Positions 13,801-25,154 of a DNA stretch of 64,000 nt are shown one piece after another. The translations under genes were made by a program, and so were the position numbers. Under the pieces are notes generated by a model. It ran no database searches. It had not been told where the DNA came from and saw nothing but the letters and a program-made list of their open reading frames with translations. Source of the DNA: Isurus oxyrinchus (Eukaryota); contig JANJGN010000052.1 in NCBI GenBank assembly GCA_026770705.1, forward strand, positions 1,364,001 to 1,428,000. Reading direction: 5' to 3'. Every line of letters starts with the position of its first letter. Positions within the stretch are counted from its first letter, which is position 1.

Positions 13801-16800
13801 TCTGTACACACGAACCTTCCTGCGCTGTCACCTCTCGTGGAGTGTCACCTTTCCACTCTTGTGAAGGTTCATCTGGGGAGAGAAATCTCAATATTTAACA
13901 CTGGATGGTTTGTGGATGCATTATCTATCCAATATTTACAGATGTTGCTGAATTGGGGGATGGTCAATACTGAGGAGGACTGCCACAAATTACAGGAAGA
14001 TATACATTCTGATGAAGAGTCATACAGACTCGAAATGTTTACTCTGTCTTCCTCTCCACAGATACTGTCAGACCTGCTGTGTTTTTGCACAATTTTTTGT
14101 TTTTGTTACAGATTTCCAGCATCTGGAGAATTTTGCCTTTATATTACAGGAAGGTATTAATAAACTTGCAGAATGGGCAGGTCATTGACAAATGAATTTC
14201 TACGTTAAATGGGAGGCATTACATTTTGTTCAGGAAAATGAGAAGCTTGTATCTTACCTCGAAAATAAGAATCTAATTGGGGTAGAGGAACAACGTGATC
14301 TGGGGCAGAAACACAGGAATCACTAACCGTGGGGACACAGGTTAACAAGGGGATTAAACATACAAACTAAACACTCGAGATTATTTCTCCAGGGATTGAA
14401 TTGAAAAGTAGAGAAGTGATGTGAAACTTGTCCTGATCCTCGGTCTGTCTGCACCTGGAGTCACGTGTGCAGTTCCGGTCCCCATATTATATAAAGAATA
14501 TAGAGACACTGGAGAGGGTGGTAAAAAGCTTCACAAGGATGATCTCAGCAATGTGGTAGTGTACCCATTAGTAGGAAAACATAATAATTTTCATAGTGGT
14601 AATTTAATTTATTGTAAGCTAGGAATAGAGGGGTCTTGATANNNNNNNNNNNNNNNNNNNNNNNNNNNNNNNNNNNNNNNNNNNNNNNNNNNNNNNNNNN
14701 NNNNNNNNNNNNNNNNNNNNNNNNNNNNNNNNNNNNNNNNNNNNNNNNNNNNNNNNNNNNNNNNNNNNNNNNNNNNNAAATATGGCTGGGCTGAACGTTT
14801 TGAAGTCTCAGAAAAGAAGCTAAATTTGAAATGTTTAATAGGTAAACATAGCCAGAGTTTTAGAATGGGAGGTGCGAAAGGAGAATTTGCAATTTCTACA
14901 TAGTCCTGAATTTCAATGAGGTGCTTAAATGTTACACCTAGTGAAGAGAGGCTAAGGCAAACAGCGTTTTTATTATTCACAATTTTACTGAGAAACTTGG
15001 TACCATGAAAGATTTCTATTATTGGAAATGTAAAGTCCAATGACATATTGGAACAATGGGGTTTACATTCAGAAAGGGAGAAACATCTCTAAATGAGATT
15101 AGGTTATGTGTAAGGGAAGGCATTGAAAGATCTACAAGTGTGAAATGCCTCTGTGCCCCTAATTGCTGTCTGCAAGAACTGAAGGAAAGAAAATTCACTT
15201 TGAATTTAACTGTTCAGGGTATTGTGTTACTTCCTCTGAGGCTTTTTAAATCTGCTTGTTTTACTGTTGCTTTACCAGAGGAGTAACTGGGAGTCAGATT
15301 AATTAGGGAAGCTAAGAATTAGCATAGCAGTAATTTGTAGAACTGTGTATGTGTTTAAAATTATTTCTTTTACTAATAAATGCTGAATTTAGTTTTGCCA
15401 AAACCCTCTCGACCTGGTGGACTCATTACTACTGAATTCAAGGGGAACAACTCAACATAAAAATACAACTTGCAAAACAGTTGTGGCAGCTGTTCCAAGT
15501 TTACTTTGGGATTTGAGCAGCTCAGCTTTTACCGTCTGCTGTGCCATAACACTATCAGGAGAGGAAGGAGAGTCCGGGCCTGGTTTCTCGTGAACAGAAT
15601 AGATTGAAGAGGTGACCTTGGGGAGGTGGCTACGATTCTGAAATATGCTGACAGAGTCGACGCACAGAGAGAAAGTTTCCCCAGGTGGAGAGGAGGAAAA
15701 GCAGAGGCAGAAATTACCCCCCTCGGGGTGGGGGAGGTGGGGGGGGTGTTGCCTGTGCAGGGTTGGCAGGGGTGGGCGTGAACCCGATTGGTGCCCCCGA
15801 TCGAGGCTGTGCCGCCATTTGACGTGGGCCGGACAGTTCGGGCCCGCCCAGCGTGACGGGTGCCCGGGAGCGTGGGCGGGGGAGGGGAGGGGAGGGGGAT
15901 TCCCTGAGGTGCCTCAGGGAGATGAGCTTCAGGTTTAAGACGCGTCCCCTCATGTGACAGTGCCTCATGAGCTGGGACATGCTCATCAGTTTTGATGGAA
16001 CAATTTTGTGTCATGAAGGAAAACTTCAGGAAAGCTCCTCCGGCCTGCGGATGAGGCTCCATGAAAACTACAAAGGATGCCTGGAGGTGAGACGAGCAGC
16101 CCTGATCCTTGTTTAAATGACTATTTCAATGTCCTTCATGGGCCTTGGACAATTGGGCGTGCAGGCTGCGACCCCCGCTGAACTGACATTCGAAATGATG
16201 CGCAGGGACGTTGGGACATCCGCCCGACATCATTTCACTGTACGCGAGCAGACCCCACCCACACTCACCGAGACAAGAATTCCACCCCCCCCTCCCCCCC
16301 GCCACCCCAGCAGGGACCAGCAAGGTATGAAATCCCAGAGGGAATTCAGGAGGAATTCCTTTCCCCAGGTCTGGGGAGAATGTGCAATTCAGCAATTATC
16401 TCATTGTCTGTGGAGTGATTTGGTGCATGTTTGAGGTGGTGAAAGGCACTATAGGAATGCAAGTCTTTCGTTTGTTGATTTGTCAGACTTTTAAAAAGCA
16501 TTAGGTAGACTGATGGGAGTGGATAACCTGATAACATTGATGGACACAGTCAATACATTTAATCATTGATATTAAAGTGACTGTTAGCGGTTGCTTTAGG
16601 ACTGAACTGGAAGCTATCACCAGGTTATTGAGAATCAGACAGTGTGTTATAATAAGCTGTGTTTTGTGTTAATATGTAAACGTCACAGATTGTGTTATTT
16701 CCCATTGAGTGTTGGATGTGAATTGTTGAGTAATTATAACACAGCACTTACCAGAAACGTGAAGCTGGGTTACAGGGTAATAGTTATGTCTCGGACCATT

Positions 16801-18237
16801 GTCAAATTCTATTCTGAAAAAATAAGGTCCTGCATCTTCCCGTCTGATGTTGTTTATAATCAGGGAACAGTCGCCATCTTTCAGGTCTCCAGACAGCCGG
16901 GTCCGATGGCGGAACCGTGGTAACTCGTGACTGTGATCCTTGGAGTGAAAGGCTATAGACGATGTTCTCCATTCCTCATTATTAAACCAGACTCCATCTC
17001 GTGGCTGAATTTTCAAATCTGTTGGGTAACTGTAATTAAATGGAATCTGTACACAGGAACCTTCCTGCGCTGTCACCTCTCGTGGAGTGTCGCCTTTCCA
17101 CTCTTGTGACAGTCCAACTGGGGAGAGAAATATCAATATTTAACTCTGGATGGTTTGTAGATCCACTAGACTCGATATCCACCCCCTCCATCACTGGGGC
17201 ACAGTGGCTGCAGTGTGGACCATCTACAGGACACACAAGGAACTCCCCAAGGTTTCACAATGGATTGAAGAGATTCCTGGACACAGGAGTGGACAAGTTC
17301 ATTCTACATTGGCTCATGGTCCTCAGGACCCTGTTTAGTGAAGCCAGTCTTCCACCCAACACAGTGTCTACAAGATACACAGGGAAACTGTGTAAACATC
17401 TCATCTCTCTACACTGACTGGTTTGTCTTCGGTTTAACTTTCAGTATTTTTAAATTTCCATATTGTGGTTGCTATGGTGAAACTGTGCAGGAAGTGCGAG
17501 GGCTGGACTCTCTGTCTATTCTGACTGCAGCTGTGATGTAGTCGTGGTGGTTTTCAGTAAAATGAAACCCTCTGAGCTCCTCCATCCCCGAGGTTTAGGG
17601 AGTGAATTCCAGAGCTCAGGCCCCAGGCAGCTGAAGGCCCGGCCGCCAGTATTGGAGTGATGGGAATCGGGGGATGGTCAAGAGGCCGGAATTGGAGTAA
17701 CACAGAGATCTGGGACGTTGGTTGGGAGAGTTGCAGGAGGTGACAGAGATAAAGAGTCAGTTTGTGGCAATGGAGGCATTTCAACACAGTGCTCTGAATT
17801 TTATGTTTGTGATGTTGTAGGACCAGGAGTCAGAAAACACAGGTGTGAACGGAGAATGGAGTTTGGTGTGAGTTTGCACATTGGGTCACTGCTGAATCTG
17901 AACCCAAACAGAGCTCAGTAAGAATCTTAAGATTCTGCTTGAGCTACAACAAACTTGCCTATCTCTGTAACCTCCTCCAGCCCCTACAACCCTCTGAGAT
18001 CTCTGCTCTCCCCCCGTTCTGCTGTCAGACAGGGAGTCAGTGTATATCAGTGAGCACAGGGGTGATGGGTGAATGGGACTTGGTGTGAGTTTGTACACTG
18101 GCTCACTGCTGAATCAGTTCCCAGTCACAGCTCAATAAGAATGATCTTTTACAAAGACTATTAATCATAAATCTGTCCGAGATGACGATGATATTACCTT
18201 GGAGAAGTGACAGGAGGAAGTAAGATTTCCCGATCAT
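4609..18237 (-). CDS. Gene A: Siglec-like (CD33/MAG-related) inhibitory-type receptor, L-V-V-V-C2-C2-TM-cytoplasmic, ~720 aa
   Basis: Exons 18237-18198, 17117-16752, 13872-13504, 11992-11624, 11252-10956, 8489-8196, 6986-6890, 6168-6087, 4857-4609; all GT-AG; total 2163 nt, in frame; Siglec V motifs (GSCVQIPC, D/NCSL, YxFR). Confidence 0.8.
5215..5951 (+). mobile_element. Solo-LTR-like element (TG...CA), related to the 1326-2152 insert
   Basis: Begins TGTTAC, ends GTGTCATAACA; shares blocks with 1326-2152 and 14555-15551; mirrored ~53409-54150; no clear TSD. Confidence 0.45.
6087..6168 (-). CDS. Gene A cytoplasmic exon 1
   Basis: 82 nt, phase 2-0, KRKTAMEERVSGTSDIALTPSPLSVKHQ, AG/GT bounded. 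Confidence 0.75.
6890..6986 (-). CDS. Gene A transmembrane exon (uncharged TM)
   Basis: 97 nt, GRDSSKWTVGLFTAGIMLSVFLAGIFIFICVRK, AG/GTAAGT bounded. Confidence 0.85.
7500..7850. repeat. AT-rich minisatellite (~37-38-bp unit)
   Basis: Repeated ATGTAACATTTATATATAAT core; mirrored at ~51620-51870. Confidence 0.8.
8196..8489 (-). CDS. Gene A membrane-proximal Ig exon (MAG domain-5-like)
   Basis: 294 nt, phase 1-1, YKPEISQQSECTRRSEGVTCICVATSNPPGDLTW...SCSVQNPHG. Confidence 0.85.
8800..9180 (+). repeat. 37-bp minisatellite (ATCTCTGTAACCTCCTCCAGCCCCTACAACCCTCCCT)
   Basis: ~10 tandem units at 37-bp period; also at 40540-41480 and inverted at 50140-50670. Confidence 0.9.
9320..10375 (+). mobile_element. 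Penelope-like retroelement 3' fragment (GIY-YIG endonuclease)
   Basis: ORF 9530-9859 NLIYCLHCSQCGLLYMGQTKHRLGDR..EH, a GIY-YIG signature. Confidence 0.75.
10377..10620 (+). mobile_element. RTE-like LINE 3' fragment
   Basis: MLRISWMDRKTNEWLR resembles the C-terminal part of RTE-clade ORF2; mirrored at ~48700-48940. Confidence 0.45.
10696..10762 (-). pseudogene. Gene A: 3' remnant of the second C2 exon (5' part and acceptor deleted)
   Basis: DYQCVAENEHGAVEGFITITVE plus donor matches 48546-48612; upstream it joins directly to intron sequence homologous to ~44100. Confidence 0.8.
10956..11252 (-). CDS. Gene A first C2-set exon
   Basis: 297 nt, phase 1-1, DFTDKPTIFPAEIIAGKRVDVSCTFNTTCNG...LSCRVRYP. 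Confidence 0.9.
11624..11992 (-). CDS. Gene A V-set exon 3 (internal type, AEPSQEW)
   Basis: 369 nt, phase 1-1, Siglec V motifs, YLFR Arg retained, extra Cys 11892-11894. Confidence 0.9.
13504..13872 (-). CDS. Gene A V-set exon 2 (internal type, DEPSQEW)
   Basis: 369 nt, phase 1-1, YFFR Arg retained, extra Cys 13772-13774. Confidence 0.9.
14555..15551 (+). mobile_element. LTR-like insertion in the gene A V1-V2 intron, spanning an assembly gap
   Basis: Absent from the paralogous intron at ~12670-12685; ends GTGCCATAACA like the other solo-LTR-like copies. Confidence 0.45.
14642..14777. other. Assembly gap (N run)
   Basis: Run of n. Confidence 1.
16752..17117 (-). CDS. Gene A V-set exon 1 (N-terminal type, VGLSQEW)
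   Basis: 366 nt, phase 1-1, completes the signal peptide; YFFR Arg retained; B-strand Cys changed to Phe (17038-17040). Confidence 0.9.
18198..18237 (-). CDS. Gene A leader exon (MIGKSYFLLSLLQ)
   Basis: 40-nt phase-1 exon with GT donor. Confidence 0.85.
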
Positions 18238-18687
18238 TGTCCACTCCCAGATATTCCATCCACTTCTCACTCTCAAACTGTGAAAGAGAAAGGAGTTAAT
18301 GAGACCTCACCTCTTGTCCGACAGCTCTCGAGAGATCAGAACTGCTTTTAAACAATGTCTTCACAGACTAATTTGATTCTCTGTGGGATGATAGGTGCTC
18401 TGCAGAGAGTTACAAGGCTTTAAGAAAGAAAAACAATGAAGGACTTGCATTTCTATAGCACCTTTCACCACCTCAAGACATCCCAAAGCTCATGTCTCTG
18501 CACTTCCCTCATCCCTTGAGCTAGAAAGATGTTCTGTGCAACAGACTTGAGTCTCACACCCAGATCTCAATAACCAGTAGAAATCTTTCAAAGGCATCAA
18601 TCATTGGAATCTGTCTTTATAAAGTCACAACATCAACAAAGGACGGTGTTGGTGGTGGAAGTGAATTCCAATCATTCCGTTACTTAC

Positions 18688-18830
18688 CCAGGACCTGTCC
18701 GACTGCTCGCCTGGGGAGGAACTGCCCACACGCTCTGCTTGGGCTGAATGACCTCTTCCCGTGCTGCTCCCTCTGTGTGTTTAATTAGAAAGGGTGGATG
18801 TGTCACTGTGAGACAAAATGAGGAAGTGGG
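18688..18830 (-). promoter_or_regulatory. Gene A promoter / non-coding exon 1
   Basis: Conserved module with donor at 18688; PU.1-consensus AAAATGAGGAAGTG 18815-18828. Confidence 0.55.
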
Positions 18831-19049
18831 TAACCAGTGAGAAGATCGAGGATGTTTTGCGCTCTCAGCAAAACGTTTACCATGTGATGATCTGTCAGCT
18901 CATATTTGGGCAGCTGTAGTCATGAAGCTTCTCCATTGGCTCCGTGGGATTAGACTCCTGCCCCTCACTTCGGAGGCTGAAACTCAGGCGATAAGAGTTC
19001 CCAATACAGGTCTCTGGCCTTATGATACATTTCAACGATCCCTGATCAT

Positions 19050-21240
19050 TACGGAGGGAGTGCTGCACTGTCAGCGGCACTGTACTGTGGGAGTGCTGCA
19101 CTGTCAGAGAGTCAGTAATGTGGGAGGGCTGCACTGTCAGAGGGTCAGTAATGTGGGAGTGCTGCAACATCAGAGGGTCAGTAATGAGGGAGTGCTGCAC
19201 TATCAGAGGGTAAATAATGTGGGAGTGCTGAACTGTCGGTGGGTCTGTACTGAGTGGGTTCCGCACAGTTGGAGGGTCAGTATTGAGGGGGTGCCGGACT
19301 GTGGGAGGGTTAGTACTGAGGTAGAGTGGAGTGTGAGGAGATATCCTTTTATGGCAGAGTTTAACTGGAATTTATTTAAACACAATTCTTGTACTGTGTG
19401 TTATTGCAAAAGAAAGGATTTGAGGAACTAAGTCTTGTTCCCGTAAGCCTAAAAATAATTTTCACGGATTTCAATGATTTAGCATTGAAACCTCGCTCTT
19501 TGGGCACCAGTCTTGATTGAAACAACTCGCACAGCACAGTGGGAGGGTGAGTACTGAGGGTGTGCTGCACTGTGGGAGGGTGAGTACTGAGCGCGGGCTC
19601 ACTGTGGGAGTGTGAGTACTGAGGGAGTGCTGCACTGTGGGAGACTGAGTACTGAGAGAGTGCTGCACTGTCAGAGGATCAGTAATGAGGGAGTGCTGCA
19701 CTGTCAGAGGGTCAGTAATGTGGGAGGGCTGCACTGTCAGAGGGTCAGTAGTGTGGGAGGTCTGCACTGTCAGAGGGTCATTAATGTGGGAGGGCTGCAC
19801 TGTCAGAGGGTCAGTAATGTGGGAGGTCTGCACTGTCAGATGGTCAGTAATGAGGGAGTGCTGCACTGTCAGAGGGTCAGTAATGTGGGAGGGCTGCACT
19901 GTCAGAGGGTCAGTAATGTGGGAGGTCTGCACTGTCAGGTGGTCAGTAATGAGGGAGTGCTGCACTATCAGAGGGTCAGTAATGTGGGAGGGCTGCACTG
20001 TCAGAGGGTCAGTAATGTGGGAGGGCTGCACTGTCAGAGGGTCAGTAATGTGGGAGGTCTGCACTGTCAGGTGGTCAGTAATGTGGGAGGGCTGCACTGT
20101 CAGAGGGTCAGTAATGTGGGAGTGCTGCACTGTCGGAGGGTCTGTACTGAGTGAGTTCCGCACAGTTGGAGGGTCAGTATTGAGGGGGTGCCGGACTGTG
20201 GGAGGGTTAGTCCGGGGTTTGATTATTGATTCTGAACGGCGTTTGATTATTGATACTGAACGGGGTTTGATTATTGACATTGAACGGGGTTTGATTATTG
20301 ATTCTAAACGGTGTTTGATTATTGATTCTAAACGTTGTTTGATTATTGAACCTGAATGGAGTTTGATTATTGATTCTGAACGGGGTTTGATTATTGATCC
20401 TGAAAGGGGTTTGATTATGGATTCTGAACGGGGTTTGATTATGGATTCTGAACGGGGTTTGATTATTGATTCTGAAAGGGGTTTGATTATTGATACTGAA
20501 CGGGGTTTGATTATTTGTGTTATTGCAAAAGAAAGGATTTGAGGAACTAAGTCTTGTTCCCGTAAGCCTAAAAATAATTTTCACGGATTTCAATGATTAA
20601 GCAATGAAACCTCCCTCTTTGGGCACCAGTCTTGATTGAAACAACTCGCACAGCACTTCGGGAGAGTGAGTACTGAGGGAGGGCTGAACTGTGGGAGGGT
20701 GAGTCCTGAGGGAGTGCTGCACTGTGGGAGGGTGAGAATTGAGGGAGTGCTGCACTGTGGGAGGGGGAGTACTGAGGGAGTGCTGCACAGTGGGAGGGGG
20801 AGTACTGAGGGAATGCTGCACTTCGGGAGAGTGAGTACTGAGGGAGGGCTGCACTGTGGGAGGGTGTGTACAGAGGGAGTGCTGCACTGTGGGAGCGTCA
20901 GTACTGAGGGAGTGCTGAACTGTCGGAAGGTCAGTAGTGAGGGAGGGATACAGTATCAGAGGATCAGTACTGATGGAATGCTGCACTGTGGGTGAGTGAG
21001 TACTGAGGGAGTGCTGCACTGTGGGTGGGTGAGTACTGAGGGAGTGCTGCACTGCCAGATTGTCATCCATGAGGGAGTGCTGCACTGTCAGAAGGTCAGT
21101 GCTGACGGGGTGCTGCACTTGAAAAGGGTCAATAATGAGGTAGTGCAGCACTGTCAGAGGGACAGTAATGAGGGAGCGCTGCACTGACGGAGGGTCAGCA
21201 CTGAGGAAACGCTGCACTGTCAGTTCTGAGCGTGGTCTGC
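19050..21240. repeat. 33-bp minisatellite arrays (GCACTGTCAGAGGGTCAGTAATGTGGGAGGGCT type) with an embedded 24-bp array
   Basis: 11-aa periodic ORFs (TVQPSHITDPL) give a 33-bp unit; inverted counterpart at 31740-33420. Confidence 0.9.
20213..20515. repeat. 24-bp minisatellite (GGGGTTTGATTATTGATTCTGAAC), ~12.5 units
   Basis: 8-aa periodic ORFs (INNQTPFR). Confidence 0.9.
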
Positions 21241-22329
21241 ACTGTCCTAAGTGCATTCTAGGCACTGCCCAAGGTTCCGCCTGATGTCCGTGTAACAACA
21301 ACATCATGTACACGTCGAGAATATTTCTCAGTTTGGTGCAGCAAGACAGTTTTGGAATGGCACCACCACTGGCAGGAGTGTGAAACTACAATGTGACATG
21401 TTTACATGGGAAATTTCTATTATAAAGATGGGCACAGGAATTTGTATGATAGAACAAATGTGACAACATGAAGTAATGTCTTTGAGCCAAAAATATTTTG
21501 TTAAACAGCGAAACGAACAACAATCTGGGAAACAGGGAAACAATTTGTTTGGAGATTTGAGAAATTCTCTGCAGCTTAGAGGATAACAGATGTGCTACAG
21601 TGCCAGCAATGATGGGAGTTCATCAGTACAACGTGACATGTTTACATTGATATAGCCAATGAACATAGGAAATTATGATGTGAAAAATTGGTTGCAGGTT
21701 TATCTTCTTCAATATGTCATGGATGGATGAGACAGCTTTGATAACAGAATGAGATACAGCTGCAATAAACCTCAATTTTAGTCTTTCACACTTGGAGAGT
21801 ACAATTAGCATCCATCCTGATGGCTGAGTGGATGGGTGGACTGTGCGATGTGTTACAGATTACAGAAACCAACATCCTTGATCCTGGTTCCGCTCTGTGT
21901 TTGATGAGATGCTTGTATCAAAGATTGGGAAAATAAATAATCCTCCTGCATTGATCTGTATCTGGTCTCTCCCTCTATCAATGTCCTGAGGACAGAATTG
22001 GGTTCCATGTCCAAAATCAGACACATGCTTTGACTGCCCATTGAATCGGAACAGGAGGAGGCCATTCAGCCCCCTCGAGCCTGCTACACAGGAACAAGAG
22101 GGCACCTGAAACAAAAACAGAAATGCTGGAGAAACTGAGTAGGTCTGGCAGAATCTGTGCAGAGATAAACAGAATTAACATTTCGAGTCCGTATGACCCT
22201 TCTTCAGAGTCTCAAAGCAAAAACTCTGTTTCTCTCTCCACAGCTGCTGCCAGACCTGCTGAGTTAATGCAGCATTTTCTGATTTTATTTAGATTTACAG
22301 CATCTGCAGTATTTATTTTTAATGAGAGG

Positions 22330-24400
22330 AGGACATTCAGCAGCTCAAGCCTGTTACACAGGAACAGGAGGAGGCCCCATTCAGCCCCCTCGAGCCTGTT
22401 ACACAGGAACAGGAGGAGGCCCATTCAGCCCCTCAAGCCTGTTACACAGGAACAGGAGGAGGTCCATTCAGCCCCTCGAGCCTATTACACAGGAACAGGA
22501 GGAGGCCCATTCAGGCCCTCGAGCTTGTTACACAGGAACAGGAGGAGGCCCATTCAGCCCCTCGAGCCTGTTGCACAGGAACAGGAGGAGGCCCATTCAG
22601 CCACTCAATCCTGTTACATGAGGACAGGAGAAGGCCCATCAGCCTCATGAGCCTATTACACAGGAACGGGAAGAGGACATTCAGTCCCTCAACACCCTTC
22701 CACAGGAACAGGAGAGACTCTCAGCCCCTCGAGCCTGTTACACAGGAAAAGGAGGAGTCCTATTCAGCCCCATAGAGCCTGTAACACAGGAACAGGAGGA
22801 GGCCATTCAGTCACCTGAGCCTGTTACCCAGGATCAGGAAGAGCACATTCAGTCTCTCAACCCTCTTACACAGGAATAGGAAACCTATTCAGTCCCTCGT
22901 GCCTGTTTTACAGGATCAAGAGGAGGCCCATTCTGTCCCCTCAAGCCTGTTACACAGGAACAGGAGGAGGCCCATTCAGCCCCCTCGAGCCTGTTACACA
23001 GGAACAGGAGGAGGCCCATTCTGTCCCCTTGAGCCTGTTACACAGGAAGAGGAGGCCCATTCAGCCTCCACAAGCTTGTTACACAGGAACATTAGGGGCT
23101 TCATTCAGCCACTCAAGCCTGTTCCACATGAACGGGAACAAAAACAAAAATAGCTGGAAAAACTCAGCAGGTCTGACAGGATCTGCGGAGAGGAACACAC
23201 TTGACGTTTTGGGTCTGTATGACTCTTCATCAGAACTAAAGGAATCGAGAAATGAGGTGACGTTTTAGCTGGTAGAGGGGGGGTGGGACAGGTAGAGCTG
23301 GATTGTGGGCCAGTGATAGGTGGAGGTAAAGAAGAGGTTGCCAAAGATGTGATAGACAAAAGGACAAAGGGGTGTTGATGGTGGTGATATTATCTGAGGA
23401 ATGTGCTAATGGGGACATTAAGGGTAGAAAGCAGGACGAGCAAGAGACAGATAGTCCTAGTGGGGGTGGGGTGGGGGGAAAGGATTGAAATAGGCTAAAA
23501 GGTAGAGATACAACAACAGATGTAAAACATTTAAAAATAATGGAAATAGGTGGGAAAAGAAAAATATATGAATAAGAAAAATATTAAAAATGATAAATTA
23601 TTGGAAAAAGGGAGATTGGAAAGGGGGTGGGGATGGAGGAGAGAGTTCATGATCTGAAAGTGTTGAACTCAATATTCAGTCCGGAAGGCTGTAAAGTGCC
23701 TAGTCGGAAGATGAGGTGTTGTTCCTCCAGTTTGCGTTGGGCTTCACTGGAACAATGCAGCAGGCCAAGGACGGACATGTGGGCATGAGAGCAGGGTGGG
23801 GTGTTAAAATGGCAAGCGACAGGGAGGTCTGGGTCATGCTTGTGGACAGACCGAAGGTGTTCATGAGAGCGATCACCCAGTCTGTGTTTGGTCTGTCCCA
23901 TGTAGAGGAGACCACATTGGGAGCAGTGAAGGCAGTAGATTAAATTGAGGGAAGTGCAAGTGAAATGCTGCTTCCAATGATGCTCCTAATGTACTCGAGC
24001 CTGGTACACAGGAACTGGGGAAGGCCAATTCAGCCCCTTTAGCCTTTTACACAGGAACAGGAGGAGGCCCACTCAGCCCCTCGAGCCTATAACACAGGAA
24101 CAGGAGGAGGCCCACTCAGCCCCTCGAGCCTATAACACAGGAACAGGAGGAGGCCCACTCAGCCCCATGAGCCTGGTACACACTGAGAGAAGGAGGCCAT
24201 TCAGCCCACCTGAGCCTGTTGCACAGGAAAAGGAGACCCATTCAGTCCCTTGAGCCTATAACACAGGAACAGGAGGAGACCCATTCAGCCCTCTCAAGCC
24301 TGTTACACAGGAACAGGAGGAGGCCCGTTCAGCCCCTCGAGCCTGTTACTCAGGAACAGGAAGAGGCCCATTCAGTCCCTCGAGCTTGTTGCATGTGAAC
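22330..24400 (+). repeat. ~43-bp minisatellite (ACACAGGAACAGGAGGAGGCCCATTCAGCCCCTCGAGCCTGTT), split by a Penelope-like insertion
   Basis: Units at 22330-23130 and 23990-24400. Confidence 0.85.
23135..23975 (-). mobile_element. Penelope-like retroelement 3' fragment (GIY-YIG)
   Basis: ORF 23647-23901 nearly identical to the 9530-9859 ORF. Confidence 0.75.
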
Positions 24401-24495
24401 AGTCGATGGCCCTTCAACCACATTCTTGGCACGCAAAGGGTTAACTGTTTTCTAACTGTGCGAGGCAAAGAGCTGCTTTCTCACTTGGTACCAAG

Positions 24496-24635
24496 CACTT
24501 CCTCATTTTGACTCACAGAGACACATCCACCTTTCTAATTAAATACACAGAGGGAGCAGCACAGGAAGAGGTCATTCAGGCCAAGCAGAGCGTGTAGGCA
24601 GTTCCTCCCCAGGCGAGCAGTCGGACAGGTCCTGG
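24496..24635 (+). promoter_or_regulatory. Extra upstream copy of the promoter / exon-1 module
   Basis: CACTTCCTCATTTTGACTCA...CCTGG|GTAAGT; no leader exon of its own. Confidence 0.55.
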
Positions 24636-25154
24636 GTAAGTAACAGAACGATTGGAAATCACGGGGGGAGTTCTGAGGGCTCCTAATCCATTGTCCTGTC
24701 TTGTAAATCAGCACCTTAATACTGACCCTTCAACAGTGCGGCACTCCCTCAGTACTGATCCTCCAACATTGCAGCACTCCCTGATTAATGTCCCCCTGAC
24801 AGTGCAGCACTCCCTCAGTACTGACCCTCAAACAGTGGAGATCTCCCTCAGTACTGACCTTACAATAGTGCAACACTCGCTCAGTAATGACCATCCGACA
24901 GTGCAGCACTTGCTCAGTACTGACACTGGGGAGTTTCAGTCTACTCTGTGGGGCAGATGTCCCCTGAATGGGGTCTTGAATCCCACAACATTCTGACCCC
25001 CTGAATTTGGCTGTGAAACCCACTGACCCACAGGAGAAACTCCTGGTCAATGACTGTCCACCTGTGAGCAGAAATATCACCACAGGGTCAGGACACAAAG
25101 GGTTAACAGTTCACCAACATCTCAAAACATGAGCTGCTCTGTCACTTTGATCCA

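Noticed and set aside
11541-17136. Multiple V exons as RAG-rearranging Ig/TCR/IgNAR V segments
   Set aside because: Each V includes its G strand and ends in a GTAAG donor. I found no heptamer-12/23-nonamer RSS or D/J segments, and the cysteine pattern is Siglec-type (B-E), not B-F.
17040-17417. Recurrent antisense ORFs (MESVHRNLPALSP...) over the V exons
   Set aside because: Shadow frames of the duplicated V exon and intron, with variable starts and stops.
19471-21313. Long repetitive ORFs (180-352 aa) here and at 31617-33169
   Set aside because: They are translations of 33-bp and 24-bp minisatellites, open in several frames on both strands, with no gene context.
22330-24400. CRISPR-like look of the 33-43-bp arrays
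   Set aside because: The units are contiguous tandem repeats without unique spacers, there are no cas genes, and the DNA is vertebrate.
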